NCBI RefSeq assembly: GCF_018350175.1
Contig: NC_058368.1
Location: 232,254,001-232,318,000, forward strand
DNA from: Felis catus
Lineage: Eukaryota
DNA length: 64,000 bases
Direction: 5' to 3'
Shown here: positions 38,406 through 50,255 of the stretch, one piece after another
Layout: each line of letters opens with the position of its first letter
Numbering within the stretch: the stretch's first letter is position 1
Translations under genes and position numbers: made by a program
The notes under the pieces: model-generated
What the model was told of the DNA's origin: nothing
Databases searched by the model: none
The model's input: the letters and a program-made list of their open reading frames with translations, nothing else

Positions 38406-39797
38406 TGGAGATCCCCTGCTATTTTCATGTTCTGCTTTCCGTCTTCATTCCCAGGTCTCTGTGCAGACTAAAGATGCCCCCCATGCCAGGTTCACTGATA
38501 ACCGCTGTGAACATATTACCTCATTAATATTCCCAAATCATGACAATATGTTTCTAGCTGAAGTGCTAGTTTAAGGGACTGAAGGGAATAGGCCCGCTGG
38601 ATGGAGCTGGTGGCCTCTCCTGATTATCACACAGGAAACTTGGAAGTGAAGAGACTTTCCCGGTAAGAACTGACCAGCCCACGTATGAATAAACTCAGCA
38701 AAGAAATTGCTTGAGAAGCATGACTACTGACGTGCCAGCTCCCTCTGCATCATAAGCTCACTGGAAAGCCACCCACCAACAGTCTTGAAGGAAGGGGATA
38801 TTTTAGACGGCTTTCCCTATTCAAACATGGAGTCAAATGGGCTAAGGGTTTTATGAACATAAGACTCCATCCTCAATCTTTCCAATCCCCGTTAGGTTTG
38901 GCAGGAGAGGGGTGACTCATATAAGTCGTATGATACACGTATTTTCAGTTTTGAATGAGTGATGTCGATTGTAGAATCAGTCATAAACAATGAAATTGCT
39001 CTCACCTTTGAGAACTTTTGTGATTCCAGCTGGCTTCCTCCCCGACAGCGTTTGCCAATGTGCTGTCTCGTTCAGTTCCCTAAAACGAGCTCTGACCACT
39101 CCTGGTTTGAAGAAACCCCATTTAACTTTGTTGAACCCATGGCTTCTCTCTTTCCTGACAACAGATGCCTGCTCGGTGGCACCTGTCCGCATCCCACTGA
39201 GACACACTCGAGGGAAATGAATACAACGCCATTTTAAATTCTGCTTGTGTCCTTAAAGAAAAAGGCATTAACCCAATATATTTCAGTCAAGCATAGTGGA
39301 TTTCCATTAAATCTACAGCTTTAGTGAAACTGGTGAAGTTGAAGTACAATTTGATTGTCAACACGTGTGTATTGTCACTATTCTGTAAAACTAAATTTTA
39401 AAAATTGACTCTGGATGGTCTTGGCATCTTTAATAAGACATGAATTGTAACAACCAACCTCAACCTTAGTAGATAATCTGTAGGCCTCTCATTAATACCT
39501 TGACTTTCCTAGGTGTTATTAATAATAAGTAATGGTCACTTTTTTTAAATTTTTAGCCAAAACTTTCTCATTAGAAAGAATTGGAAGATCATGGGAGGAA
39601 GATAATGAGTTTTCCATGAAGGAATCCAATCCTTTCATCTTTTTGCCCAAGAGAGACCAGATTAAGAGGCTGGAGATAAGAAAAGTCAACTTCATTTGAA
39701 TTGTCTATTACATTGAATCCTTGGAATATTAGAAAAAAGGCAGGTCATGGAATAGATTCCCCCTTATGTACAAATAACAAACATATAACTACGTAAG

Positions 39798-40298
39798 TGT
39801 GTGTTAGTTTTCTGTTGCTGTGTAACAAATGAGCACCAATTTAGTGGCTTAAATCAGCATAATTAATTATGCCACCGTTCCTTGGGAGGGCAGTCTGGGC
39901 CCAGTTTAACCAGCTCCACTGCTCAGAGTTGCAGGTTGAAATCAAGAGCTGCAAACATTTTCAAGGCTCGGAGGCCTCTTTCAGACTCTCTGGTTGTTTG
40001 TAGAATTTAGTTCCTTGCAGTTTGGAGACTGAGATCCTCATTTTCGTTCTGGCTATTGGCTGGAGGACATTGTTAAGTCCCAGCCACATTCCCCCTCACA
40101 GCATGGCAGCTACCTTCTTCAAAGCCAGCAGGACAATCTCTCTATTGTCCCCTACAAGGAAGTCTTAGATTAGGAGGAATCTCATCAAGAGAGCCACAAA
40201 GCTATCATCTTCCCCAAGACCCAGCCACGTTCATGGGGAGGGCATTGCACAGGGCATGACACCCAGGTGATGGGAATTTGGGGTGCTTGCTGTCACAG
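39798..40298 (-). mobile_element. MLT1-type MaLR solo LTR
   Basis: tgtgttagttttctgttgctgtgtaacaaat..agtggcttaaa..cagggcatgacacccagg. Confidence 0.85.
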
Positions 40299-41662
40299 TC
40301 CTCTTAAGATCATAGCTGTACCGTAATCAAGGTGTCAGGGTACAGGTGACTAATGGGAAACAGACCAACTGTTCCTAAGCCTTCAAGTAGGACAACTCTC
40401 CTCAGGGGCCCGAAGATACAATCCTACATGTCTGAAGAAATGCACAGGAGAACTGAGCGCTCGGGATCTTTGTAAGATATCTTTAGGAATTTTTGCCAAG
40501 TGAATAAGCAGATAGCAGGTGTTACAGCAAAAAGCGGAGGGATGGAAGGAAAGGGTGGGCTCCTTTGCTCAAGGTCACCCATTTCAGTTGTCGAGTTGGG
40601 AAGGAAACATTTCCCCCGATGATAGGTTTTCACTTCCAGCTAAAAGTAGTTTTTCCTCTCATTGCACAGTATTTGCCAAAAAAAAAAAAAGCTGTCTGAA
40701 TTTTTGATGTTCACTCTCAGAGACTACGAATTTAAAGGCATTCTAGTGAGAGAATAAAATAAATAAATGGATCTTCTCATTTGAGATGTAAGTTTATAGA
40801 GTGCCCACAAATCACAGCCTCTATAATAAAGATTTCCAACGACAGCGCTGGTTTTCTTATTCTCTTGGGCTTTCTACTGTGTTATAAAAAAGAATGCCTA
40901 AAATAATGCGTAAGGGGGAAAGCCAGCTCCGTTTTTATATATGTACACACATATATAATCTAACACGCACACAAACACTTATCTTTTTTAGTAAGACAGC
41001 AGAGGAGTATTTGCTTGCTTTTCCGTGCTTAAAAAAAGAAAAGAGAAGAAAAGAAAAAAACACTTGGGATGACCATTTGTTGAAAGCGAATGCACCCATT
41101 TGAAAGCCCCTGAGATGTTCAGCCCAGTCCTCTCCCCCGTTAGAGCCAATGATGGTGCCAGTCACCCAGTGAGGGTGAAAGTTACATCAACCCCAGGCTT
41201 TACCCTTGAGAAACATACGGGCCGGGGAGACCCCATGCCAACAGCTGGTACAGTAAAGGTTTATAGAACTGTGGCTAACTCAGAGGAAGCCCACTGACAG
41301 GCAAGCAGGTACTTGGAACAGTGGAATTTCCTACTTTAAAATACTCACATTATCATGTCACTTTCACATTTAAAAAAAGTTTCCATTTTATTTCAATGAG
41401 CCTGTAATGACTAGTAATGATAATGGAAAGAAATCAGGAATATTCATACACATCTCTAATTCCTCAGCCTTTTCAGAGTAGCTGGTGTAGACATGTAGCC
41501 TTGAGTATCAAATCTTGTCACCTTCTGTGAAACAGATTTAGGTGTATGTGCTGAATATTATTTTGGGTCAGTGAGCTAATCCAAAGCAAGACGATGGATT
41601 CCAAAATGTGTTTAGGATTTTGAGATCATCTTGGTAACCCCTGATTTGGTACTCGCTGGGAT

Positions 41663-42013
41663 ATGTTTTACAGGTTGACTGTTTGGGTCCCACACCCCCA
41701 CCTCCCTCCGAATTCGTGCGTTGAAAACCTAATTCCCAAGTGATGGCATTAGGAGGTGAGGCCATTGGGGGTGATTAGGTCATGAAGGTGGAACCCTCAT
41801 GGATGGGATTAGTGTCCTTATAAAATTGTACCCAGTGAGCTCACCCCTTCTGCCACGTGAGAACACAAAGACAAGTTTGTGACCCAGAAGAAGGCCCTCG
41901 CCCAACCATGCTAACCCTTAACATTAGGCTCCCAGGCTCCAGAACTGGGGGAAATACATTTCTGTTGAACCAGTCTGTGGTGTTTTGTTATAGCAGCCCG
42001 AATACACTAAGAC
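41663..42013 (+). mobile_element. MLT1A/B-like MaLR solo LTR
   Basis: aattc.tgcgttgaa..ggatgggattagtgtccttataaaa..ttgttatagcagcccgaatacactaagaca. Confidence 0.88.
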
Positions 42014-42509
42014 ATTTTCCAAGTGTTTACAGATTTGCGGAAGGTTGGACAATAAGAAGCTGACCTTGGGGCTGAGTTCGTCTTCCACCAAGCCATCCTG
42101 TGATTCAAAAACTTCTCTAAATGCCATGGAAGATGACTTGAACTCCTTCGTGTTCAAAAGCCCATACCAGCATGAAAATGCACTGCAGTTAAAGAAACTT
42201 ATTATAAGGAAAATAAGGTGATAATAACATGCAGTTGATACATGTGCATATATAGGCTTTAACAGGTAGTGGCCACATTGGCTATGGATAGAAAGTAGCA
42301 TTTCGCAGGCATATATGATGGGCAATTGGGGCTGAATAGTGCACATTCTGCATTTATAAAGCATTTCAGTCGCCAGTGCTCCAGCATGAATGTTATGAAA
42401 AAAAATAGAGCTGTAATTTTAATGTGTGCAAGTATGTCTAAGCGCAATGGGTTTTGAATATCTCTTCTAACCGGCAAGGTAACCACCATTTATTAGAAAG
42501 AGATTTGTT

Positions 42510-42733
42510 GGGGCGCCTGGGTGGCGCAGTCGGTTAAGCGTCCGACTTCAGCCAGGTCACGATCTCGCGGTCTGTGAGTTCGAGCCCCGCGTCGGGCTCT
42601 GGGCTGATGGCTCAGAGCCTGGAGCCTGCTTCCGATTCTGTGCCTCCCTCTCTCTCTGCCCCTCCCCCGTTCATGCTCTGTCTCTCTCTGTCCCAAAAAT
42701 AAATAAACGTTAAAAAAAAAAAAAAAAAAAAAA
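42510..42733 (+). mobile_element. Young cat-type SINEC, first of a tandem pair
   Basis: Full body, long poly-A, TSD agaaagagatttgtt. Confidence 0.97.
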
Positions 42734-42749
42734 AGAAAGAGATTTGTTT

Positions 42750-42977
42750 GGGGCGCCTGGGTGGCGCAGTCGGTTAAGCGTCCGACTTCAGCCAGGTCAC
42801 GATCTCGCGGTCCGTGAGTTCAAGCCCCGCGTCAGGCTCTGGGCTGATGGCTCAGAGCCTGGAGCCTGTTTCCGATTCTGTGTCTCCCTCTCTCTCTGCC
42901 CCTCCCCTGTTCATGCTCTGTCTCTCTCTGTCCCAAAAATAAATAAACGTTGAAAAAAAAAATTAAAAAAAAAAAAA
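42750..42977 (+). mobile_element. Young cat-type SINEC, second of a tandem pair
   Basis: Full body, TSD agaaagagatttgttt. Confidence 0.97.
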
Positions 42978-43252
42978 AGAAAGAGATTTGTTTTTCCGTG
43001 GACATATCATTTTTAATTGTTTTCTTGAGGCACGGTTGGCATATGATACACTGCACGTTTGAGTATAAAATTTGACAAGTTTTGGTAACTGTGCACATCC
43101 GCGAAACCATTGACACCGGCAAGACAATGAACATGTCTGTCAACCTCCAAGTTTCCTCCTTCCCTTTCTGCAGCCCTGCCTTGCCTACACCTCACTCATC
43201 CCAGGTAACCGCTGGTCTTTCTGACTTCACAGTTTTCATTTTCCATCATTTT

Positions 43253-43460
43253 TTTTTCAACGTTTATTTATTTTGGGGACAGAGAGAGACAGAGCATGAA
43301 CGGGCGAGGGGCAGAGAGAGAGGGAGACACAGAATCGGAAACAGGCTCCAGGCTCTGAGCCATCAGCCCAGAGCCTGACGCGGGGCTCGAACTCACGGAC
43401 CGCGAGATCGTGACCTGGCTGAAGTCGGATGCTTAACCGACTGCGCCACCCAGGCGCCCC
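43253..43460 (-). mobile_element. Young cat-type SINEC nested in L1
   Basis: Perfect TSD tcattttccatcatttt. Confidence 0.96.
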
Positions 43461-44078
43461 TCATTTTCCATCATTTTACGTGAATGGAATTATACAGTGT
43501 CACTCATCCTGCTGGCTTCTGTCACTGGGCACGATTTTCAGATCCCTCTATGCCATATGCGTCAACAGTTCGTTTCTTCTTACTGCTGAGGAACAGTCCA
43601 TTGTCTGGATAGAAGACGATCTGTTTCGATAGTCACCTGCTGACAGACATGTGGGTTGTTTCTCTTTTGGGCTATCACCAAGAAGGCTTTTAAGAATATT
43701 TGTGTGCCAGCATTTGTGTGGACATCTGCTTTCTTTTCTCTTGGGTAAATGTCTGGGAAGAAGATGGCAAGGTCACATGGTAAGTGTATGTTTAATTTTT
43801 TAGGAAGGCGTCAGATGGTTTCAAAGGGATGGTGCCATTTTACATTTCTAGCAGCGGGGTAAGAGAGGGGGTCCTGGTGCTCTGTGAGCTCACCAGCGTT
43901 GATGTCAGGTTTGGGGTTTGTGATTAATTTAGCCATTCTAATGGTGTGTGGTGGTTTCCTTATGGTTTTAATTTTCCTTTTTTTCCAACAAATGGTGTCG
44001 AGCATCTTTATATATGCTCTTTTGGTCATCTATCTATCTAATCTTGTGAAATGTCTATTTCTATCACTTGGCAATTTT

Positions 44079-44295
44079 TTTTTTAATTTTTTTTTTAACG
44101 TTTATTTTTGAGACAGAGAGAGACAGAGCATGAACGGGGGAGGGGCAGAGAGAGAGGGAGGCACAGAATCCGAAGCAGGCTCCAGGCTCTGAGCCATCAG
44201 CCCAGAGCCCGACGCAGGGCTCGAACTCACGGACCGCGAGATCGTGACCTGAGCTGAAGTCGGACGCTTAACCGACTGAGCCACCCAGGCGCCCC
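44079..44295 (-). mobile_element. Cat-type SINEC nested in L1
   Basis: TSD tatcacttggcaatttt. Confidence 0.96.
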
Positions 44296-45097
44296 ATATC
44301 ACTTGGCAATTTTTATATTAACTTTTTTTAATGTTGAATTTTCATTTTTTAAATATGTAATGGGTATGAATCTTTGATTTGATTTGCAAATATTCTCTCT
44401 CGGTGTGTGGCTTGCGTCTCTTTCTCTTCACGGTGTCTCTTCCAGAACAGAAGTTCTTGATTTTGAATGATTCAAATTGTCATTGTTTGTTTTACAGGAG
44501 TGATGTTTTTGGCATTGTAGCTAGGAAATCTTTGCTTAACCGAAGCCCACAGAGGGATTCTTCTAGGTTTTCTTGTAGAAGTTTTATGGTCTTAGATGAT
44601 TGGTCTATGAGCCATTGGAGTTTATTATCAAAGGGAGAGCAAGTTATTGGTTAAAGGTCTTCTTTTCACATATGGAGGTTTAATTGCTTTTGCTCCCTTA
44701 TCAAAACTGAATAATTTATACACATGCAAGCCTATTTCTGGACTTTCCAGTGCCGAATTCCTTTGCTTAGTGTTCTATCTTGATCCTTACGTCATGGCAT
44801 GTTGATTATTGTAGTTCTATGAGGCTTCAAGTCAAGTTGAAGTCCTCCAGCTTTGTTCTTCCTTCCCAAAGTGTTTTCAGTGTTCTAGATACTTTTTATT
44901 TCTGTATGAATTTTAGAACCAGCTTGTCAATTTTTACCTCCCCCCACCCCAAAAGTCTTCTAGAATTGTGATTAAGATTGCATTGATTTGGTACATCACT
45001 TAGGGGATTTGGTTTCCTTTAGTGTACAAGTCATGGACATAATTTGTGAGCTCTATTCTAAGTGTTTCATGTTTTTGATGCTACTGTAAATGGCATT

Positions 45098-45126
45098 CTT
45101 TTTTTAAAATTTCTTTAATGTTTATT

Positions 45127-45169
<43 letters not shown>

Positions 45170-45318
45170 CAGAGAGAAAAGGAGACACAGAATCTGAAGC
45201 AGGTTCCAGGCTCTGAGCTGTCAGCACAGAGCCTGACGTGGGGCTGGAACCCACGAACCGTAAGATCATGACCTGAGTCGAAGTCTGACGTTTAACCAAC
45301 TGAACCACCCAGTGCACC
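45098..45318 (-). mobile_element. CAN-SINE with long (GA)n nested in L1
   Basis: TSD ctgtaaatggc(a/g)ttctttt. Confidence 0.94.
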
Positions 45319-48029
45319 TGTAAATGGCGTTCTTTTAATTTCTGATTGCCCATTGCTAGTACATAGGAATGAAATTAATATTTTCTATTGATCCTGTATT
45401 CTGACACCTTGATAAATTAATGTTACTTCTAGTAGCTTCATGGTAGGTTCTGCAGTATTTTTTACATACGCAATCACAATGTTTGTGTACAAAGAGAAAG
45501 TTACTTCTTTTTTTCCGTTATAGATGAAGTGTAATTCTTTTTGTTTCCTAGCTGTACAAAGTAGAATTGTCAGTATAAAATTGACTAGAAGTGGTAGAGG
45601 CAAATATCCTTGCCTTGTTTCTGATCTTAGTAAGAAAGCATGCAGGCTTTAACCATTAAGTAAGATGTCACTTTTGTATATTTTTAATACATGTCCTTTA
45701 TCAGATGTGGGAAATTTATTTACTTTCATAGTTGTTGGAGAGTTCCTATATGGCATGAATGTTGGATCTTATTAAGTGATATATTCGCGTCTTTTGACAT
45801 GATCTTATAGGTTTACTTTCTAGACTGTTAATAAATGGTGAATTACAGTGATCACATGTCAAATGTTAATGCAACCTTGCATGCCTGACATCATTACCAC
45901 TTAATCCTGAGAAATAACCTTTTTATGCAGTTTAGAGGTTTTTTTATTAAAATATCATCAAGAATTTTTGCATCTAAGTTCATGTGACATATTCACCTGT
46001 AGTTCTCATTTCTTGTAATGTCTTTGTCTGGTTCTGATATCAGATTAAAGTCAACCCGAGAATGACTTGAGATGTGATCCCTCCTTTTCATGTTCCTGGA
46101 AATGGTGTGTGTAGTTGAGTTTATTTCTTCTTTTTATATTCTGTGTCTCTGCTTCACATGTTCAGTCTTACTTCTAGCTTCTTGAACACATGAAATACAG
46201 TTATCATAACTTTTTTAATGTTCTTGACTACAAATTCTGTCATCTGTGTCATTTCTGTGCCAATGTCCATTGACCGATCTTTCGCCTCATAATAGCTTGT
46301 GTTTTTCAGCAGCTTCCTTGTGTATCTGATCATTATAAATTAGGTGCAAGGCATTGTGATTTTTTTTTCCTTGTTGTGTATGGGACACTTCTGTGTTCCT
46401 GAAATTATGCTCTCCTCTAGGACATGATCAAGTTACTTGAAACCAATATGATCATTTGGCTTTTTCTTGGCTTCGTTTGTTGAGATCAGAACAGAGTTTG
46501 GGGTGATTTTTCCCACTGTGGAGGCAAGACCCTGCTTGCTACTCTAACGGATGCCCAGGGAATCGTAAGGTTGTCCACTCTTGCTCCGAGGAGCGAACAC
46601 TATGTCTGGCCCTGTGTGAGTGATGTACTCTGTTCCCTTTGATCCTTGCAGGTGGGTCTTTCCCCACCCGTGTGGTTTCCTCACATGCGTTCACTGATTT
46701 GTACCCACCTGAGTACTTGAGGTGGGATCTCTGCATAATACTGGAGTTTTCATTGTGCATCTCTCTCCTTCTGAGAACCCCAGCCTTTTGGCTTCCTCCA
46801 GCTCTCAGCTTTGTCTCCTCAATCCCTCATCTGTGTGCCTGGGCTTCTCCTTCCTCCACCACGGCCTGGAGACCTCATCAAGGTTGTAGGCTGGGCCAGT
46901 AGGGAGGCTTCCCTCATGTTTCCCATCACTTGGCAATCACTGTCCTTCACTACCTGGTGTCCAGTGTTTTAAGCACTGTTGTTTCATACATTTTTTCAGT
47001 TATTTTTTGGCGAGAAGGTTAATCCCACTTCTGTTACTCCATCTTGGTTAGAAGCAGAAGTCATCCTGTGGACCCAGACTTTTGACTCCATCATCTCGTT
47101 TTTACTTGTCTTCCTTACTGGGTCCCATAGAGCTCATTTCCAGGACTTCCCATCAATCTATGTTCTCTTTGCCCCAGGGGTCGGGGATCACAGACCTCCT
47201 GCTGTGCACAAGCTTGAGTGCTTTGGCCCTTTGCAGGCCAGACTGCATTTCTTCCTTATTTGTTTTGTGCAGAATGGCTTTCTGTCTCAGCAAGACACCC
47301 TTCGTTGCTGGAAGAGAACTTGATAAATGCATACGAAAACCGTGCGTATTCCAGATGAGAATACATTTAGTTCATATCTTCAGCTATTCATAAAATGACT
47401 TTAAGGGTAATTTTCTTCCTTTGGGCTGAGCATATGCTATCAAAATTTTGCTTGAATTGTCACCATTTATTTTGCCTTCAACCTATGGAATACAGATATT
47501 GTAGTGTTTTTCAAAGGAAAAATGAACAGCAATACACAGAGCCCCTCTTAACCACCGAAAGGTGTTCCCCAAACTTATGCAGAGTCCCTCAGAATGTACT
47601 TATTTGTGAATTGATCAATATGATGTATCCACTCACCAAAAAATAAATAAATAAGTAAGATCGGTAATATAAAGTAAACACGACAAACTTCCCGTGTGTT
47701 GGTGGAAGCAGGCATAGAAATAGACAAACTTCCATGACATTCATGCTTTGATTCTTTGAACCAAGGCTGAGGTGACGGTGGCCTGAATGACCAAAAAGCC
47801 GATTCAGGTGGGAGGGCCCATTTCTGTAGGTGCCTCCTAGACATTAAGTGAATGGTTCTTTCAGTGTTGACTGGGATAGAGAGTACGTGGGGGAACATAT
47901 CTAGAGAATTGTGTAATATTGCTTTAGTAAGCATTCTTGATTTATTTTTCTTAGTTGTGCTTGACCATTTATTTACGTTTTTTCCTTGCATCAACCGTTT
48001 CCTTTATTGATTTTTATGTTTTTCCAGCT

Positions 48030-48446
48030 TTATTTTTTTTTTCCGGAAGTAACTAACATAACTTTGTATAAGTTTAACGGGCACCTCATGTTGATGTGAT
48101 ACGTTTATTATTGAAAAATAATAACAGTACTATTAAACTACTGCCTCCATCCCATCACATAGCTACCACTTCTGTCTTGAGGTGAGAACATCTAAGATCT
48201 ACTTTCTTAGCCACTTCAGTTATGTGATACAATGTGAGTAGCTATAATCGCCATGTTATCCATAGATCCCCAGACTTGTTAACCTCATAACCGGAAGTCG
48301 GCACCCTTTCATATCTCCCCATTTTACCCATCTCTCCAATCACCACAATATCTATGTTGCTCTTTTGTATTTTTGTATTTTTTTAATAATTTTTAAAAAT
48401 AATGTATTTATTTTGAGAGAGACAGAGAGAGCATGAACAGGGGAGG

Positions 48447-48480
<34 letters not shown>

Positions 48481-48733
48481 CCCAAGCAGACTCTGCAGGG
48501 TCAGTGCAGAGCCCGATGTGGGGCTCCAACCCACAAAACTGTGAGATCCTGAACTGAGCCGAAATCAAGAGTCAGACACTTAACTGTCTGAGTCACCCAG
48601 GCATCCTGAGTCTGTACTTTTTAGATTCAACATAGAAGTGATATCATGCAGAATTTGTCTTTCTCTGTACAACTCATTTCACTTAGTATAATGTCCTCAA
48701 GGTCCATCCAAGTTGCTGAAAATGGTGGATTTT
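48030..48733 (-). mobile_element. L1 3' end (L1MA-like), containing a SINE
   Basis: ggtgagaacatctaagatctact..ttagattcaacatagaagtgatatcatgcag..atttcacttagtataatgtcctcaaggtccatcca. Confidence 0.85.
48385..48607 (-). mobile_element. CAN-SINE nested in L1
   Basis: GA tract and SINE head. Confidence 0.92.
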
Positions 48734-48956
48734 GGGGCGCCTGGGTGGCTCAGTCAGTTAAGCATCTGACTTCAGCTCAGGTCATGATCTCACAGTCCAT
48801 GAGTTCAAACCCTGCGTCGGGCTCTGTGCCGACAGCTCAGAGCCTGGAGCCTACTTTGGATTCTGTGTCTCCCTCTCTCTCTAACTCTCCCCCATTCATG
48901 CTCTGTCTCTCTCTGTCTCAAAAATAAATAAACATTAAAGTAGAAAAAAGAAAAAA
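48734..48956 (+). mobile_element. CAN-SINE
   Basis: Perfect TSD gaaaatggtggatttt at 48718 and 48957. Confidence 0.95.
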
Positions 48957-50001
48957 GAAAATGGTGGATTTTGTTTTCAGAAGATCATTGTTGCACAGGA
49001 GTTTTGACTCCTTCTCCACTGTTTCCTTCTCCACAAGGCTTCAGAATATCGATTCAGTCACGACCGACCATTTGCTTCTGTGGTCCAGCTTGTTCTGCGG
49101 TCCAGCTTGCTCTCTCTGGCTTCTTCTCTCAGAAGTGCCGAAAGCTAGGTGCTGTGTAGAGCAACTTTCTCCCCAAACATACTTGCTGTTATTCGATGAG
49201 GCTTTGCTGACATTACCGCCCTTAAAGTTTATGGTATCACAGTGAACACTAGCCGACGGTAGTGGAATTGAAGGAGCTACACCAACAAATATTTTCTGAG
49301 GGCCTAAGCTAAACCGTGGCAAGAGAGAGTCCCCTCTGAATATTCCCCTTTGCTCTTTCTTCTCTTTGTACAGAAAATATCATTTACTCTTTCTTTAGCC
49401 TTATTGCAGGGAGTTTTCAGGGACCAAATAAGAGATCTCCATTCTAAGTGGTAATATTGGGCCAAACCATTTGGTGAGATAAAGAGAAAGCAACACTCAG
49501 GTTTTGGGTCAGTTCTTTGCTTGAGGACTTTCTCAGTGGCTTGGAGTCAAGAAAAGTGAAATGGGACAGAATATCCATGTTAGACTTTGGCTTCCCCATA
49601 GAGTAATAACAATATCTTACATTCGTATAGCTTCCCATGGTTTACAGGCGTTTGCGTAATGGTTTCAGTTGACCCTCATGACCACCTTGTGACATACACA
49701 TGAAAGGTTTGTCATGGGAGAACGTGGGGAAGACCTTCAAGCTTCGGATCTATGTTCCTTCACATGTTGCCTGGAATATCATGACACTGCCTTTGTATGT
49801 CTATAGAAGAATTAGATTTAAATATAGGATGGCTGACAACCTAGTAATTGTGTTCCTCCTTTGTTCTTAATGAAGGCCATAGAATGTTCTAGAATGAAGT
49901 CTATCCAGTGATAACTTTTATCACTGGCCATAAGCCTTGAGAGCCTCATAAGACCCAAATAATATAACATGAAGCATAAAAGCCTGGCTATATGGGGACA
50001 G

Positions 50002-50255
50002 TCCCTTCCGTCTTATGTCTGAATAATAGTATATGTTATAGTATATATCGTGTATTATCCATTGTATTGTATATTACATATTCTCTTCACCCAGCATACC
50101 ACATCTTACATATCCATCCATCTGTGCTGCACACGTAGTTTGTCTCCATATCTTGGCTACTTTGAGTAATGCTGCAATAAACATGGGAGTGTAGACATCA
50201 CTCTAAGACCCTGATTTCAGTTTCTTCAGATATATACCCAGAAGCGGGATTGATT
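50002..50255 (-). mobile_element. L1 fragment, apparent continuation of the 48030-48733 L1
   Basis: ctgaataa..ccattgta..taccacatctt..atccatcca..aatgctgcaataaacatgggagtg..atatatacccagaagcgggattg. Confidence 0.85.

Larger units (their letters stand above)
43008..47062 (-). mobile_element. Old mammalian L1 (L1M-type), internally deleted, interrupted by three SINEs
   Basis: L1 3' end near 43008; degenerate RT segment (45385-45603 PLLVNFIL..GKKEVTFSLYTNIVIAYVKN); end ttactccatcttggttagaagcagaagtc resembles an antisense old-L1 5' terminus. Confidence 0.8.

Noticed and set aside
42510..42590. tRNA genes
   Set aside because: A/B-box sequences are the tRNA-derived heads of SINEs, followed by CT tracts and poly-A.
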